A stretch of 64,000 nucleotides of DNA from Candidatus Gottesmanbacteria bacterium (GTDB taxonomy: Bacteria > Patescibacteriota > Microgenomatia > 2-02-FULL-39-11). Position numbers and translations under genes: made by a program. The notes beneath the pieces were generated by a model. The model saw nothing but the letters and a program-made list of their open reading frames with translations, did not search any database and was not told the origin of the DNA. Below are positions 62,175-64,000 of the stretch, in pieces (positions within the stretch are counted from its first letter, which is position 1; every line of letters begins with the position of its first letter). Location: assembly GCA_016186795.1 (NCBI GenBank), contig JACPKY010000002.1:90593-154592 (forward strand), read 5' to 3'.

Positions 62175-63374
62175 TTATTTCGGTTGTAGTTTTAAAAACG
62201 TGTGTTTTCCAACTCGTAAGTGATACGTGTGTTTCGGATTGAGAGGAGTAAGGATGTCGATACATTTTTCTCCATCTATTTCAACTGCACCTTCTCGAAT
62301 GAGAGTTTTTGCGTGACTTCTACTTTTAACAAGCCCACTTGAAACGAGAACTTCAAAGAGTGGCAGTTCGCCTTTCTGGGGAAATGGAAAGGAAGGTATT
62401 TGAGTTGGTTGCTTTTTTCCCTGAAAGAGAGCCTCGAATTGTTTTTGTGCCTCAATTGCCCTTTTTTCATCGTGTAGCATGGTAATGAGAGTTTTTGCTA
62501 ATAGTTTCTTGTAGGTCATAGGGTTTTCGCCAGTCAGGAGTGCTTTTTTGTACCTTTCAATCGTGGGAAGAGGAGTTGAAGTGATAAACGTAAAACATGG
62601 CAAGATGACATCGTCTGGTAAATTCATAATCATGCCAAATAATTCAGATGGTTTAGAAGTTAGTGCAATAATGTTTCCTTCCGTCTTTCCAATTTTTCTA
62701 CCAGTTGAGTCAGATAGGAGTGGGAGCGTTAATACAAATTTTTCTTTCTTGCGCATCATTCCAACGAGAGTTCTTCCGGTAAGCATATTAAATGTTTGAT
62801 CAGACCCACCAATTTCTAGGTCAACGTTCATAGCAACAGAATCGTATCCTTGGAGAATAGGATAAATGAACTCCCGAAGATTAATCGGTCTTTTTTCTTT
62901 CAATCGACGCTGGAATATATCCCGTTCGATAAGTTGCTGCACAGAAAATTTTCCAAAGAGATCCAAAATATCGATGAGCGTAAGTTTGTTGAGCCAATCT
63001 CCATTAAAAAGTACTTCAGCGGGGTTTTTTCCCTCAAATTGCACAACGCGCTTTGCTTGTAAGACGTAATCGCGGGCATTTACTCGAAGTTCGTCTCTTG
63101 TAAAAAACTTTTCACGACCTTTCGTTTTTCCAGAAGGATCACCTGCCTGACCGGTTCCATCTCCAATGAGGAAAATCACTTTGTGGCCAAGAAGTTGAAA
63201 TTGTCTAAGTTTCATTAGTCCCACAAGGTGGCCGATATGGAGTTGAGTTCCAGTTGGGTCAAAGCCCTGGTAGAGGCGAAGTTTTTTTCCCGACCGGAGA
63301 ACTTTTTCAAAAGCACTTCTTGAAGGATAGATTTTTTCAACGCCACGGCTTAGAACTTCAGCGATTTTATCCAT
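62175..63374 (-). CDS. tyrS: tyrosine--tRNA ligase
   Basis: A class I HIGH motif (GTQLHIGHLVGL) and a KMSKS-like motif (KIGKTEG) are present, along with a C-terminal S4-like domain. Confidence 0.9.
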   Translation of the reverse strand: MDKIAEVLSRGVEKIYPSRSAFEKVLRSGKKLRLYQGFDPTGTQLHIGHLVGLMKLRQFQLLGHKVIFLIGDGTGQAGDPSGKTKGREKFFTRDELRVNARDYVLQAKRVVQFEGKNPAEVLFNGDWLNKLTLIDILDLFGKFSVQQLIERDIFQRRLKEKRPINLREFIYPILQGYDSVAMNVDLEIGGSDQTFNMLTGRTLVGMMRKKEKFVLTLPLLSDSTGRKIGKTEGNIIALTSKPSELFGMIMNLPDDVILPCFTFITSTPLPTIERYKKALLTGENPMTYKKLLAKTLITMLHDEKRAIEAQKQFEALFQGKKQPTQIPSFPFPQKGELPLFEVLVSSGLVKSRSHAKTLIREGAVEIDGEKCIDILTPLNPKHTYHLRVGKHTFLKLQPK

Positions 63375-63514
63375 ATTTGTTATCTTAGCAGGAGGGACAA
63401 AAATTTACAATTAGACGGAAGGGATAGGATTTCTTGCGGGGCGAAACCATACTTGGTACACTTACCTATATGCGGTTTCTTTCCTCCCAGAGGCAATTTT
63501 ACCGTCCACGTCCC

Positions 63515-64000
63515 ATGAGACTTCGTATGCTCCGCCTGAAAATATTGGGCAGCCTTTCATCCGTACTGATAGTTGGTGCCGTTATCAGTATTATTGCCGT
63601 TCTCTTCTTATTTATCTGGTACTCGCGGGATCTTCCGTCTCCTGATCAGGCGCGACGAAAAGAAGGATTTTCAACAGTTATTTTAGACAGGAACAATAAA
63701 CCAATATATGATATTTTCGTCGATAAAAACAGGATTCCGGTGGTTCTTAACGATATTCCTGACTCTTTGAAAAAGGCAACAATTGCAATAGAAGATCAGG
63801 ATTTCTACAAGCATCAGGGATTTGATCCGAAGGGGATTTTTCGGGCGATCTTTCGTATTATAACGTTTCAGGGGATACAGGGAGGTTCAACCCTTACTCA
63901 ACAGTTAGTGAAAAATGTTCTTCTGAGTTCCGAAAGATCTCTTCCTCGTAAAATTAAGGAGTTCATTTTAGCTGTTCAGATTGAGCGCAAATATTCAAAA
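63515..64000 (+). CDS. class A penicillin-binding protein (transglycosylase domain), 5' partial running off window end
   Basis: An N-terminal TM is followed by the GT51 motifs EDQDFYKHQGFD and GGSTLTQQLVKN. There is no stop codon before the window end. Confidence 0.75.
   Translation, partial: MRLRMLRLKILGSLSSVLIVGAVISIIAVLFLFIWYSRDLPSPDQARRKEGFSTVILDRNNKPIYDIFVDKNRIPVVLNDIPDSLKKATIAIEDQDFYKHQGFDPKGIFRAIFRIITFQGIQGGSTLTQQLVKNVLLSSERSLPRKIKEFILAVQIERKYSK

Noticed and set aside
63375-63514. T-box leader upstream of tyrS
   Set aside because: Only about 140 nt are available upstream of the tyrS start. That is too short for a T-box, and no T-box consensus was seen.

Overview
The window reads as a low-GC bacterial segment of about 38-40% GC, with tightly packed operons. 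Conserved motifs seen directly in the translations support the following features, in order.

- **Housekeeping block (minus strand):** holB-gyrB-hppA-gyrA-folD, flanked by a YebC-family protein and a XerC/D-type tyrosine recombinase.
- **Type IV pilus system:** pilB-pilT-pilC-major pilin, then pilD followed by seven tandem pilin/pseudopilin genes, and further downstream a PilX_N-like protein with pilM-pilN-pilO. No secretin gene is present in this window.
- **Glycan biosynthesis region:** GT2 and GT4/GT1 glycosyltransferases, three Wzy_C/O-antigen-ligase-like membrane proteins, an SGNH hydrolase, AsnB and a DegT aminotransferase.
- **Secreted proteins:** a 1375-aa Cys-rich/PT-linker tandem-module surface protein, a TAT-signal 746-aa protein and a SipW-like signal peptidase.
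- **Conserved minus-strand run:** recG-rpmF-nusB-rnc-rpsP-KH-trmD, then tyrS and a partial class A PBP.
- **Most interesting candidate system (38.6-45.6 kb):** an uncharacterised cassette combining an NTP_transf_5 nucleotidyltransferase, two paralogous radical-SAM/SPASM enzymes, a QueC-like PP-loop ATPase, an HPr-kinase-like P-loop protein and two PqqD-like (RiPP-recognition-element-like) small proteins. It is embedded in the glycan locus and resembles the HprK-related/PqqD/nucleotidyltransferase peptide-modification neighbourhoods, but carries extra rSAM and QueC-like components.

Other notable structure:
- The pilin leader regions are encoded by degenerate heptanucleotide tandem repeats.
- The giant surface protein contains peptide modules of identical amino-acid sequence whose DNA has diverged at synonymous sites.

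I recognised no rRNA, tRNA or CRISPR array.
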